Below, in pieces: positions 1 through 10,748 of a DNA stretch of 64,000 nt. Source of the stretch: Pocillopora damicornis (taxonomy: Eukaryota); contig NW_020845861.1 in assembly GCF_003704095.1 (NCBI RefSeq), forward strand, positions 372,001 through 436,000, read 5' to 3'. The notes beneath the pieces were generated by a model. That model was given only the letters and a program-made list of their open reading frames with translations, was not told the origin of the DNA and searched no databases. A program made the position numbers and the translations under genes. Positions within the stretch are counted from its first letter, which is position 1. Every line of letters begins with the position of its first letter.

Positions 1-99
1 GGTACAATCAAATTACTGGATGACAGGGTCAATAGCTTTGTTTTCTATATACATATTTTCATATCCAGCGATATTGACAAGAAAAGCTTAGCCAATACT

Positions 100-1175
100 T
101 TTGCGTCGTATACTGCTTTATTTCCATCAAGGGCAGCTGATCACAACTGAACAAGGCAAAATTGCGGTCTTTCCTTCTTAGAATTCGGCTCCTAACACCT
201 TGCATTTAATTTTTTTTTGAAAGCAGGGGCTCCCGTATCTTATCATAACTCTTCATTAATTCATCTACGGTATAACAGTTGCTTAATATAATCTTCTGAG
301 ATGTGAATCGCAATTGCCTCAACCCATTTCCTGTGTAGGAAACTTGAAACACCAGGAATTGTTACTCATCGGCGAATTGCTCTCAGTTATGCAAATTGAG
401 CGCGAATAAATCGAAATTCAAATCCAATATTATTTTTTACTTGAAAAAGAAAAAAAACTTTTTTGAAGATTAAGTAGCACAATTTGCGAAATTCTAAATA
501 GATACACTGTAGCCATATATATTCTGATTCATTATTCTCCGTTCTAGCTGTTGTACATTATTTTTTTACAAGTATTCCTGTCAAGAAAACACTCCCTTGC
601 GGAGAAAACTGTCATTCTATCACATGTCAGCTAAAATACATTGATACAGTAAATGCAGGTTATATGTTGATCGCTTTAAGAAGTCAAATTTTCTCGTAAA
701 TTCCCTTAATGATTTCAATTTGCAGCATTTACCGTTATTTATTCTGTTTTCCGTCAAGCTGTTTTTCAGTTACGTTTGTTTTAGTCAAAAATTGTCCCAT
801 TTATCAAAATAAAAATGTCCTCGTGTGTGTAAATAGTTATTGGCAATAAAACTTTGGAAATTTCTTTTGAGTTTCGAAGTTCTCCTTCGATTCAGGGGTA
901 CCCCTTTACCCAGACATCTTTAAACTCCAGGCCTCAGTCATTCGAAGGTCGGATGACACTATGCACTGGATAAATCTCTATCCGGTGGATAACACAGTAC
1001 GTTTTGCTATCACTTACCCCCTGGATAGCGATTAATCCGTTGGATATATAGCGTTATCCGCCCTTTATACAAGTGGGCCCAGCTGTACAGTTCGAGAGAT
1101 AAAACTTGACGTCGCATTGAGGGACGCCGTCAGAGTGAGAGGCGAAAGCCTTTAAAACGTGGAAAGGAAAAAAGC
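100..1175 (-). repeat. Left arm of a diverged inverted segmental duplication; partner at ~5835-6274 and 6766-7413
   Basis: 101-200 (ttgcgtcgtatactgctttatttccatc...) is the reverse complement of ~7310-7413. 820-930 matches the reverse complement of 5900-6025, and 1083-1175 matches that of 5835-5900. Confidence 0.85.
931..1079. mobile_element. Palindromic MITE, probably PIF/Harbinger-type, with a CAG target-site duplication
   Basis: Imperfect terminal inverted repeats (gcctcagtcattcgaa ... tttatacaagtgggcc) and internal ggataa/ttatcc mirror motifs. CAG lies on both sides (928-930, 1080-1082). The empty site is present in the paralogous arm at 5901-5903. Confidence 0.75.
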
Positions 1176-1837
1176 GAAGCGTGAAAGCATTGTGTTCTGT
1201 GGTTTTCATCTCTAAATCCAAACTCGCTAAAGAGCAATTTCTTCCCTGAACCCCCATTAAACGGCCGCTCACGAGGAGACATCGTCTGGTGTAACTTCCT
1301 TTGCCTCTCAAAGTCGCTCTGGCTCTTACTTAAGCTGGGTGGGAAGGCCTGGCGAGGTGGCTGACTTGGCGTCCTCCAATGTGCAGAATGGCTTTCTCGA
1401 GCTGGTTGTCTTGGAACACTCCAATTAAAAGAACCGATTTGTTCGGCTTGAACAGTATTTAGAAGCTTTTTATTTTCCACAAAACCAAACTCTGAAAGGC
1501 GTTTCTCTTGGGTAGTCTTAGGATTTCATCAAATTGTTTGCTAACTCTTCAATTTCCTTAGCAACAGTTGTTCCTTTTTGTACCAGTTTATCGCAATCTG
1601 CCTCAAGTTTCTTCACCGTGTTTCGCTTTGCTTGCAAATCGCTTTTTTGCTGTTCAATCAGGGCTTCAATATCGGCCCTTTGTTTTTCGGCCTCATCATC
1701 TATGTGATCAAAAGCGTGGCCATTGTGGTTTAAAGTCACGCAGGTTTGACAAACAGCTGTTTTACAGTTCTTGCAGTAATATTTCAGTTCTTCGTTCTTG
1801 TGTCGTGGTTCGGGACAAAATACAGGCCGTTTTAACA
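1130..1837 (-). pseudogene. TRIM-family remnant: B-box2 plus truncated coiled coil; 5' part lost in the gap
   Basis: Reads LKRPVFCPEPRHKNEELKYYCKNCKTAVCQTCVTLNHNGH (B-box2 Cys/His spacing), then a coiled coil to NNLMKS* at 1518. The downstream motif FGFVENKKLLNTVQAEQIGSF continues in another frame, implying an internal deletion and frameshift. Confidence 0.75.
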
Positions 1838-1938
1838 NNNNNNNNNNNNNNNNNNNNNNNNNNNNNNNNNNNNNNNNNNNNNNNNNNNNNNNNNNNNNNN
1901 NNNNNNNNNNNNNNNNNNNNNNNNNNNNNNNNNNNNNC

Positions 1939-2967
1939 TTGACTTGCTCGACTCTTTGTAGACTGGTCTTTTTTGAAATGAGAGGAGGTGAGAATTGATA
2001 ATTTCTTCTCCTTTGAGATTTCAGTACCTTGATCCATTTGTAAACATGGCAGGAATTTCTTGAGAATTTCTAAAACATATCTCCGTATCTCTCTCATCCG
2101 CCAGCAGTATAAGATGGGATTCAAAGACGAATTCAAAAATGCTAATGTCATTGAAAACTGAAACATTCCTTTCAGAAATAATCCGTGCTCAGACGTTACT
2201 ATGATCAGCATTGTACCAGTATAGGGAAGATAACAAGCGGTGAACACGATGTAAACATACAAGATGTTGACGGCCGATTTAAGCTTTCTTTTGCTCAGCG
2301 CTAATTCTTTGCAATTTTCACTTGCCGTTTGTTCTTGAGATTTTATTTGCAAATGATGTTTGCGGACAATGAGGTAGATTCTTACAAAAGTTATGGTGGT
2401 TGTGATGAAAAATATTACCGCAAATGTGCTGGACACTGCCTCTCGGTTAACATCTCCCAGGAACAGGTAACCGAGAGCTGCAACCGCGCTGAGCGTCCAT
2501 AGTACGGTCAGAGTAATGCCTACTCTCCTTTCTGTAACAATTTCCCTGTAACGAAGATGCAGGCTGATAGCGAGGAAGCGATCAAAACTGATCGCGGAAA
2601 CGATGAAGAATGAAACGCCGGCAAGAAAAGTTCCTACAACCAGAAAAGCAATCTTGGTTTTGCACTCAGAGTCATCCGGAGAAGCAGAATCACTTCGGAG
2701 CATCTCAAATATCACGGAGATGTACAAGGGCTGTACGACTAAGCCAACACCTAGATCGGAGAAAGCCAAACCAAGCAGCAGTATTTGCGAAGGAGATAGG
2801 GCACAAGTTGTCTTTGTTAGGGCACAGATGATAATCGTATTGCCAAATATTGCAGAGAGAGCCAAAATTCCGTTGATTATACAAAGCGCGATGTACCAGC
2901 TATAAAAGTCGTTCGTGTCGGGATAGTACTTGGAAATATCGTTACAAAACTCTTTTACTACCTTCAT
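1939..2967 (-). CDS. Intronless class A (rhodopsin-like) GPCR, cnidarian melanocortin/adenosine-receptor-like family; stop codon lies in the N gap
   Basis: Seven hydrophobic helices, with GN in TM1, LAxSD in TM2, FDRF (DRY-like), CYLP in TM6 and NSSLNPILY in TM7. The ORF runs into the gap at 1938. Confidence 0.9.
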
Positions 2968-3319
2968 GGTGTTCTGTCGACGGTGCCGCTGTAGACTGTA
3001 GAATATGTTAAAAAATAATCAGTGAAGTCTCGCCTTATGTACTTAATTTGAAGCCAAATTCGTAAACCACGAAAAGCTGGTTATTCAAAATTTAAAAGAA
3101 ACACCAAGGTATTAATTGCGGAAAGAGTAGAAACAAAATTTCAATAAGTTAAAACGAAAGTTTATAGCTCCACAAAAACGAACTGCGTGAACGTGATATG
3201 TTTTCGAGTCAGTTTATTTATGCAAAATCGTGGCACTGTCATATTTGCTCTCAGCCACTTGCGGATCGTTTACTCGAGAGGGACACCAATTTGTCAGATA
3301 ACTAGAAGCAAATGGTATC

Positions 3320-5070
3320 AATAATCTCAGTCCGCTAAAGGGTGTCACAAGTTACCAAAACGATGATAAAGCGGCTAAAGGCAATCAATCAGACAATCAG
3401 CTTCCCCGTTATCACCTCGTGTTCTTTGAATTTGATGCTTGTATTAAACTAAACAATACCAGAATCAAAATCAAACTCACCTGATCCACAAGGTCTTTTA
3501 ATTAACACTGCTTCACGATCGTATGAATTTTGGTTAAATTAGTTACCAGACAACTGAAACCCTCTGTCAACACCACCGTCTTGGCAATGAACATGAGAAA
3601 AATTGTCATTAATTTTCATTCCAGACACCTTTGCAATTCTTTTATCATAATTTTTTCCTCACAGTTTATCATGACATCCATTTTGTTTTTAATATAACTC
3701 AGAATAATTTGCAAGTTTTGGGATCTTTAACACCTTTGAAAGCTGGTTTCGAATACATTTCATTGAAACATTATGCGTGCTTACCTAATTCCTAAATCTT
3801 TTTTCGATATTCTTCGCGCGCTTAAAAATTCGCCGAGATTGGTAAAACGACTTCTTGATGAAAACGTAGAAAACGATTTAAGACTTTGACCAACGATGTC
3901 TATATCTGATGAAAATTCCACTAATGAAAAAAGACATCTCGATTGAATTAACTGAACAGATATTTGATATTTAGAAAATGAAAAGACATCTATGTTTGAC
4001 TTTTAAGACAACTCTTTAAAAAAATGTATGTTAAGGAAAATACTATTAATCGCATTTCGCTGAAATAAATTTTTTGGGTGAGAATTCGTAAAAAGCAGAT
4101 TTCTCCAGCGCATCCAATTACCATCACAATTGTTTGGGATATCATTCATTACCCACACAAAGAAAACCGAATCAAACTTTTTGACGGTATTCAGCGAGAA
4201 ATGTTAAGAAAAAGCAATTATGTGTTATTCAAGTTCCAAGCTAATTTGCTCATTCTAAAGAACTTACTTCGCATTGGTCCGGCGAGATGTTGTAACATCT
4301 GCATGCGTGGGCTCAAATTACCAGAAAATTACACATTCAACTCAAAAAAAAGGCGAAAACTTACTATGTCTATCATTTTCAGTCATTTTCTGTCCTTCTT
4401 TTATTTATTAGCAGGCTTCTGTAAATATGATTCTGAGGAAATCAAAGATGGCATTTAAAAATCCGTACATCGTAATTTGCGCAGAAAAATAAGGATGTGT
4501 TTTTTCAACAGTGCAAGAAACATCACAAAGCGATATTAAACATATTTAACCTCAGCTGGTTTTCCGGAAACATTATATTAAGTGAAACATATANNNNNNN
4601 NNNNNNNNNNNNNNNNNNNNNNNNNNNNNNNNNNNNNNNNNNNNNNNNNNNNNNNNNNNNNNNNNNNNNNNNNNNNNNNNNNNNNNNNNNNNNATTATGT
4701 GTTATTCAAGTTCTAAGCTAATATGCTCATTCTAAAGAACTTACGTGGCATTGGTCCCACGAAATATTGTAACATCTGCATGCGTGGGCTCAAATTACCA
4801 AAAAATTACACATTCAACTCAAAAAATAGGTGAAAACACAATATATCTATCATTTTCAGTAATTTTTTGTCCTTTTGTTAGTTATTAGCATGTCTCTGTA
4901 GATATAATTCTGAGGAAATAAAAGATGGCCTTTTAAAAATCCGTACACCGTAATATGCGCAAAAAAGTGAATAGCTGGGTTTTTTTAACAGTGTAGAAAC
5001 ATTACGAAGCGATATTAAATATATTTAACCTCAGCTGGTTCCCCGGAACATTATATTAAGTGAAACATAT
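3320..5070 (+). repeat. Non-coding block upstream of the GPCR, with an internal duplicate across a gap (4217-4593 vs 4694-5070) and an inverted copy at 11214-12576
   Basis: 3331-3470 is the reverse complement of 12438-12575. 4035-4110 matches the reverse complement of ~11537-11610. 4694-4850 matches that of 11214-11355. Confidence 0.8.
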
Positions 5071-5525
5071 ATTGGAAACTTACTATTTCAGTTAAGTGAA
5101 AACCAGTTGCGAGTACGAGAGACTGAAAATTACCTGCTTATTTCAATAAGGCACATTAAAAGTTGCCGCCATGTATATTCATTCGATCGTTGCCATTGTA
5201 GCGGGTGAAAAAAATTAAACATCTTTTATCCTCCCTCAATAAGTTCCCCTACACCTCCCCCCCCCAAAAAAAATGCATAAAAACGGGCAAAATAATAATG
5301 CCATGTAAAGACACCCTTTATACTTAAGTATTGTGCTAATTATCGTTTCCGTTCCAAACGGCAAAATGGTATTTGAAAGCATACTTCAGTTTCCCTGTAA
5401 GATATTGGACTTTTGGCAACCAAAAGAACGGCTGACTGTACACAATAGAGTGTTCATTGAAGCTGGAAGGGAGTTCGGAAACAAAATAATGACTAAAATC
5501 CCCTCCCCCAGCACCAGTTAGAGGC

Positions 5526-5830
5526 ACATGTAACGTGTGGAAATTGCGAGCAGAAATATTCCGAAAGTTCTCAAGTTTTTGTTTTCAGTGTTGTTTGTTT
5601 TACTGCGCCAAGTGCGAAAATGCACACAACATCATGCAAAGTAATAAGGATCACTGTGTCATGGTGCTAAAAGAGTTTCAAGACAAGGACTTTGGGCATG
5701 TGTTAAAACGGCCTGTATTTTGTCCTAAGTCACGGCTCAAGAACGAGGAGCTGAAATATTAGCGCCCGCGAGTCTAGAGACACAGTTGGATCAGAAACAG
5801 GCTCTAAAGGACAAAATTTTTAAATTGCAA
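5526..5830 (+). pseudogene. TRIM remnant (B-box1 into the start of B-box2), inverted relative to the other two copies
   Basis: Reads FCFQCCLFYCAKCENAHNIMQSNKDHCVMVLKEFQDKDFGHVLKRPVFCPKSRLKNEELKY*. It is homologous to 8890-9146(-) and 1775-1837(-). Confidence 0.75.
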
Positions 5831-6379
5831 GATTGGCTTTTTTCCCTACCACGTTTTCTGCGTCTCTCAATGCAATGTCAAGTTTTCTCTATTTGTACAC
5901 CTGGATTTTAAACTTGTCTGGCTGAAAGGGATACATCTGAATCGAAGGAGAATTTCAAAACTCAGAAAACTTTGCTAAGGAATTTCCCAAGTTTTATTGA
6001 CAATAACTATTTACACGCACGAAGAAATTTTTCTTTTGATGGAAGGGATAATTTTTTATTAAAACCAAAGTAACTGAAAAACAGCTCGACGGAAAACCAA
6101 ATAAATAACAGTGAAGGCTGCAAATTGAAATAATTAAGGAAAATTACAAGAAGATTTGATTTCTTAAAGCGATCGACATATAAACTGCATCTACAATATC
6201 AATTTATTTCAGCTGACATGTGATAGAATAGGCTATTTTTTTCTGCAAGGGAGTGTTTTCTTGATAGGAATACANNNNNNNNNNNNNNNNNNNNNNNNNN
6301 NNNNNNNNNNNNNNNNNNNNNNNNNNNNNNNNNNNNNNNNNNNNNNNNNNNNNNNNNNNNNNNNNNNNNNNNNNNNNNN

Positions 6380-6665
6380 GTTCAGTTGTGATCTGCTGCC
6401 CTGATGGAAATAAAGCAGTATACGACGCAATAGCACAGACCAGAGGCACTACCGAAAGAAGGAGAATTGTAAAAAGATTATTTTCGAAACCACAATCCTC
6501 TTATTTTCCTCCTGTCCTTCTTAGCTTTAGTACCAGAATTTCACCGCACCACACCCCACCTCCCACCTCTTCGTTCTCGTCCCCCCAACCCCTCCCCCTG
6601 CCAACCCACTGGATTATTCTCGTATTTGATCATTCGATTGCGCAATCCTCTTAAACAAGTGCTCC
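6380..6665 (+). repeat. Apparently identical duplicate of 7360-7645 sitting between two N gaps (probable assembly redundancy)
   Basis: Same sequence and same spurious ORF (ICCPDGNKAVYDAIAQ...), bounded by gaps on both sides. Confidence 0.8.
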
Positions 6666-8889
6666 NNNNNNNNNNNNNNNNNNNNNNNNNNNNNNNNNNN
6701 NNNNNNNNNNNNNNNNNNNNNNNNNNNNNNNNNNNNNNNNNNNNNNNNNNNNNNNNNNNNNNNNNTTTCCCAAGTTTTATTGACAATAACTATTTACACG
6801 CACGAAGAAATTTTTCTTTCGATGGAAGGGATAATTTTTTATTAAAACCAAAGTAACTAAAAAACAGCTCGACGGAAAACCAAATAAATAACAGTGAAGG
6901 CTGCAAATTGAAATAATCAAGGAAAATTACAAGAAGATTTGATTTCTTAAAGCGAACAACATATAAAATGCATCTACAATATCAATTCATTTCAGCTGAC
7001 ATGTGATAGAATAGACAGTTTTCTCTGCAAGGGAGTGTTTCCTTGATAGGAATACATGTGAAAATAATGAACAACAGCTAAAACGGAGAATAACGAATCA
7101 GAATCTATATGGCTACAGTGTATCTAAATAGAATTTCGCAAATTATGCTACTTAATCTTCAAAAAAGGCAAGTTTCATACACAGGAAATGGGGTAGAAAC
7201 AACTGCGATACACACCTCAGAAGATTATTTTAAGCAACTGTTATACCGTAGATGAATTAATGGAGAGTTATGATCATTTACAGGAGCCCCTGCTTTCATA
7301 CAAAATTAAATGCAAAGTGTTAGGATCCGAATTCTACGAAGAAAACACCGCAATTTTTCCTTGTTCAGTTGTGATCTGCTGCCCTGATGGAAATAAAGCA
7401 GTATACGACGCAATAGCACAGACCAGAGGCACTACCGAAAGAAGGAGAATTGTAAAAAGATTATTTTCGAAACCACAATCCTCTTATTTTCCTCCTGTCC
7501 TTCTTAGCTTTAGTACCAGAATTTCACCGCACCACACCCCACCTCCCACCTCTTCGTTCTCGTCCCCCCAACCCCTCCCCCTGCCAACCCACTGGATTAT
7601 TCTCGTATTTGATCATTCGATTGCGCAATCCTCTTAAACAAGTGCTCCCTGGAACAAGATAGTGGACGGTCGTAGAAGAACTTAAACGTTCATGTGTCAA
7701 ATGACTGGAGATTTTGGTTCATACTTATTAAGTTTCTGGGTCTTCAAAGTCTTCCATCTCTTTATGTTTACTCTGCGCGCTCTTCAGCTCCGAGTACACG
7801 ACAGGGATTTTATCACTACTATTAATGCAATTTCTCATTGAAATATGACAATGTTTCGGTAAGACAGTTTATGTGTAATACTGAATATAGGGGTTAATCA
7901 TCTCTCGAAATCAAGCACCAGAGAAAAAGGATCTGATTTTCAACGGAAATGGGTCGAAATCATCAGGAAATACGTTTCGTTCACCGCATTCAAAGAGATC
8001 CACAGCCGCTTGGTTTTAAAAAAAAAGCCGTCATATCATTATGTGGCTGATTTTGTGGGCGCCCAAGATGAAACAAATTTTGTGTTCTGTAGGCAAGATG
8101 GGCTGGTTTGTCCTGTTTTACCATAATAAATTGCTTTTAGTTGACGTGCACCAATTTCGCACTCCCCTTCTTTTTATGGTGGTGCAGAAATGGATGCGCA
8201 AAACACAATTTACCTGCACAGCTGTAAAGACAAAATAAACGAAACCGAAAATGAATTATCTGAATGCATTTTCAGTTCTTTCTTGTAATCATTTATCATA
8301 TCATAAATCTGTTCATTGGTTAAGCTTTTCTGCTCAAAATCACTGGATATAAAAGTATATATAAAGAAAACAAAGCTATTGACCATTTCACTCAGTAATT
8401 TTATTGTAACCCTACTCATAAGCTATATCTTACTGACTGTCGCCTAGAAAAGAATCCTTAATTCATACACGNNNNNNNNNNNNNNNNNNNNNNNNNNNNN
8501 NNNNNNNNNNNNNNNNNNNNNNNNNNNNNNNNNNNNNNNNNNNNNNNNNNNNNNNNNNNNNNNNNNNNNNNACCAGTTTATGGTTAAACGGAATTAGGAG
8601 AGATGGGTAATTATAGGTGGTTTATTGGAGCTTTACAAATTCATCTTTTAAGGTAAATCAGATAAAAATTAACAAAGGTATTCGAAAATAAGACTAGTTT
8701 AAGTGAGATCCATGAAAAACTCCTAACAAAATTTATTTAAATAAGAAGGCTATATTCTTGAGTCTGTTCATCTTGCAATCGAGAATGTGGCGCCTGAGTT
8801 CATTTCTCAGAATTGAAGAAAACTACATTTGCTTGCTTGACTTTGGCCAAAATATTTATTATCTGTGAAAAGGATTATATCTGGTGTCC

Positions 8890-9415
8890 TACAACATTTT
8901 GTCCTTTAGAGCCTGTTTCTGATCAATTTCAGCTCCTCGTTCTTGAGTCATAACTAAGGACATAACACAGGCCGTTTAACACATGCCCGAGGTCCTTGTC
9001 TTGAAACACGCCATGACACGGGGATCCATATTACTTCGCATGATGTTGTGTGCAGTTACGCATCTGGCGCAGTAAAACAAACAACAATGAAAACAAAAAC
9101 GTGAGAACTTTCGGAATATTTCTGCTCGCAATTTCCACACGTTACATACCAGTACATTAATCAAACCGTTTTGGTAAAAACTCGTCGGCAGATCTTTCAG
9201 ATCGCCTCTTCTCGGCATAAACTTTGCTAGTGGTGCTTAGCATTTCAGACATTTGATTGTTCTGTCCTGCCCTATCTTGCTCTGTGTCATTGTTGTAAGC
9301 AGGTTAGGCAGAAACTGTGTTAACACGAAGGCTGTTTTGGATAGGTGAAGATGTTGAAGCATGCAGAACAGGAAACTTCCTCACGAAAATTACGCAGCAA
9401 CGTTTGGAATTCCAT
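8890..9415 (-). pseudogene. TRIM pseudogene (RING - linker - B-box1) with in-frame stops and frameshifts
   Basis: From the ATG at 9415 it reads MEFQTLLRNFREEVSCSACFNIFTYPKQPSC*HSFCLTCLQQ*HRAR* (RING C-x2-C...C-x-H-x2-C-x2-C). It then continues as GDLKDLPTSFYQNGLINVL and FCFHCCLFYCARCVTAHNIM. Confidence 0.85.
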
Positions 9416-9992
9416 TTCGTTTCCTTTTGAAATGTACTTGGAAAACGATAGTTGTTCTCTGTTTTCTTGGAAAAACCACCGCGCGTAAATGGGCTCCACA
9501 AATTTGGGAAGGCCTGACTATTTTCGACCTCGCTTAAGCCGCTTACAGAGGCTTACAGCAGTTTAGACACGAATGGTAAATAATGAGAAAATTTTTATTG
9601 TAAGTCCTAGATGAAAATAACATTCTGAGGTAAAACTGAAGCAAAAAAGCAAATTTTTGGGTTTTCAGACCTTCATTCCGTTAGATGCACTTTTTTTAAA
9701 AACTTTTTCTGGGAAAACCCACCGCGTGTAAACTGGGAACTATATATCTTGGAACGCCTGACTGTTTTCGCCCCTACGTGTATGTTTTGCAGTGGTTAAT
9801 CCACGCGAGGCGTAAAGAAACGGAGAATTTCTCGTGAGTCTTTGCAAAAAAAAATGTTTTAAACGCAAATAATGGCAGCAGATAAGCGACTTGCTACAAT
9901 TTCAGGCCATCTTCAGCCAAGGTTGTCTCACGGGGAAAAATATCGGCAATCTCTTTTGGACAATTTACGACAGGCAAGTATCTTTTAACTAC

Positions 9993-10135
9993 ATGGGTAA
10001 AATTTCCGCACAGCCCCATACTATTGTAAAACAATTCTGTTTTCCCAATGGTAATGTATTGTTTTTGTCATTGTTTTCTCTATCCAAGAACTGAATGCAT
10101 AATGTAGGATGGGGCTGTGCGGAAATTTTACCTAT
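9993..10135. mobile_element. Small MITE-like element with ~30-bp terminal inverted repeats
   Basis: atgggtaaaatttccgcacagccccatacta (9993-10023) pairs with taggatggggctgtgcggaaattttacctat (10105-10135). Confidence 0.6.
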
Positions 10136-10534
10136 CTGTTAATTGGGGTCGAAGAAAATTTTTTTAAAATTTCGATTCGATTTCGATTCAATGAGCAACC
10201 TTGTTAGGTCGTCATTCGACGTTTACTGCCGTTAGATATCCAATCCACGATGGAGGTAAGGAGACCAGTTTCAATAAGATCGTGGCGATCTATATAATCG
10301 TATGGTTATGGTCAAGCGAAAAATGTTTAGAAGCACTTTTCTTACTACTGGTTGAACAAGGAGATACATCATATTATCGATAGTGTAATGAAGCTATACA
10401 GTCGCAGTTCTTGAGCTAAATCGGATGAAACTTTACCAAAAAATTCATAAAATAACAAAAAGCTATTCGTGGAAAAAGGGTTAAGTTTCTAAGGAAGCTG
10501 TGGTTCTGGGCTGGCAGGGGTCAGTATAGCAAGG

Positions 10535-10748
10535 TTATTTGGTTTTATAAACTGAATTGATAATATCAATTGGCTACTGCAAAGAGCCTCTAAAGCAGAT
10601 ATTTTGCATGTTAGCCCTTCATCAGAACAAAACCTTTTTGCCCTTGTTTGCCTGTCACTCTGACGAAGGGCTAAGGCATGAAACATCAGCTTTAGCAACT
10701 CTTTACAGTGACCACTTTACACTATCATCTTGGTTGATAAAACAAAGC
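10535..10748. mobile_element. Degenerate palindromic MITE-like repeat
   Basis: Arms tttggttttataaactgaattgataat...ttagcccttcatcaga and tctgacgaagggctaa...gttgataaaacaaa are imperfect reverse complements. Confidence 0.6.

Noticed and set aside
1762-1938. 401-aa GPCR ORF extending through the gap to VKTACILSRTTTQERRTEILLQEL, or a GPCR-TRIM fusion
   Set aside because: This is translation through Ns. The sequence beyond the gap is a TRIM B-box in a different frame.
7260-7637. 125-aa ORF and its duplicate at 6388-6654
   Set aside because: It lies in duplicated flank sequence, has a low-complexity Pro/Ser tail, and the homologous part of the inverted copy (~100-255) carries indels.
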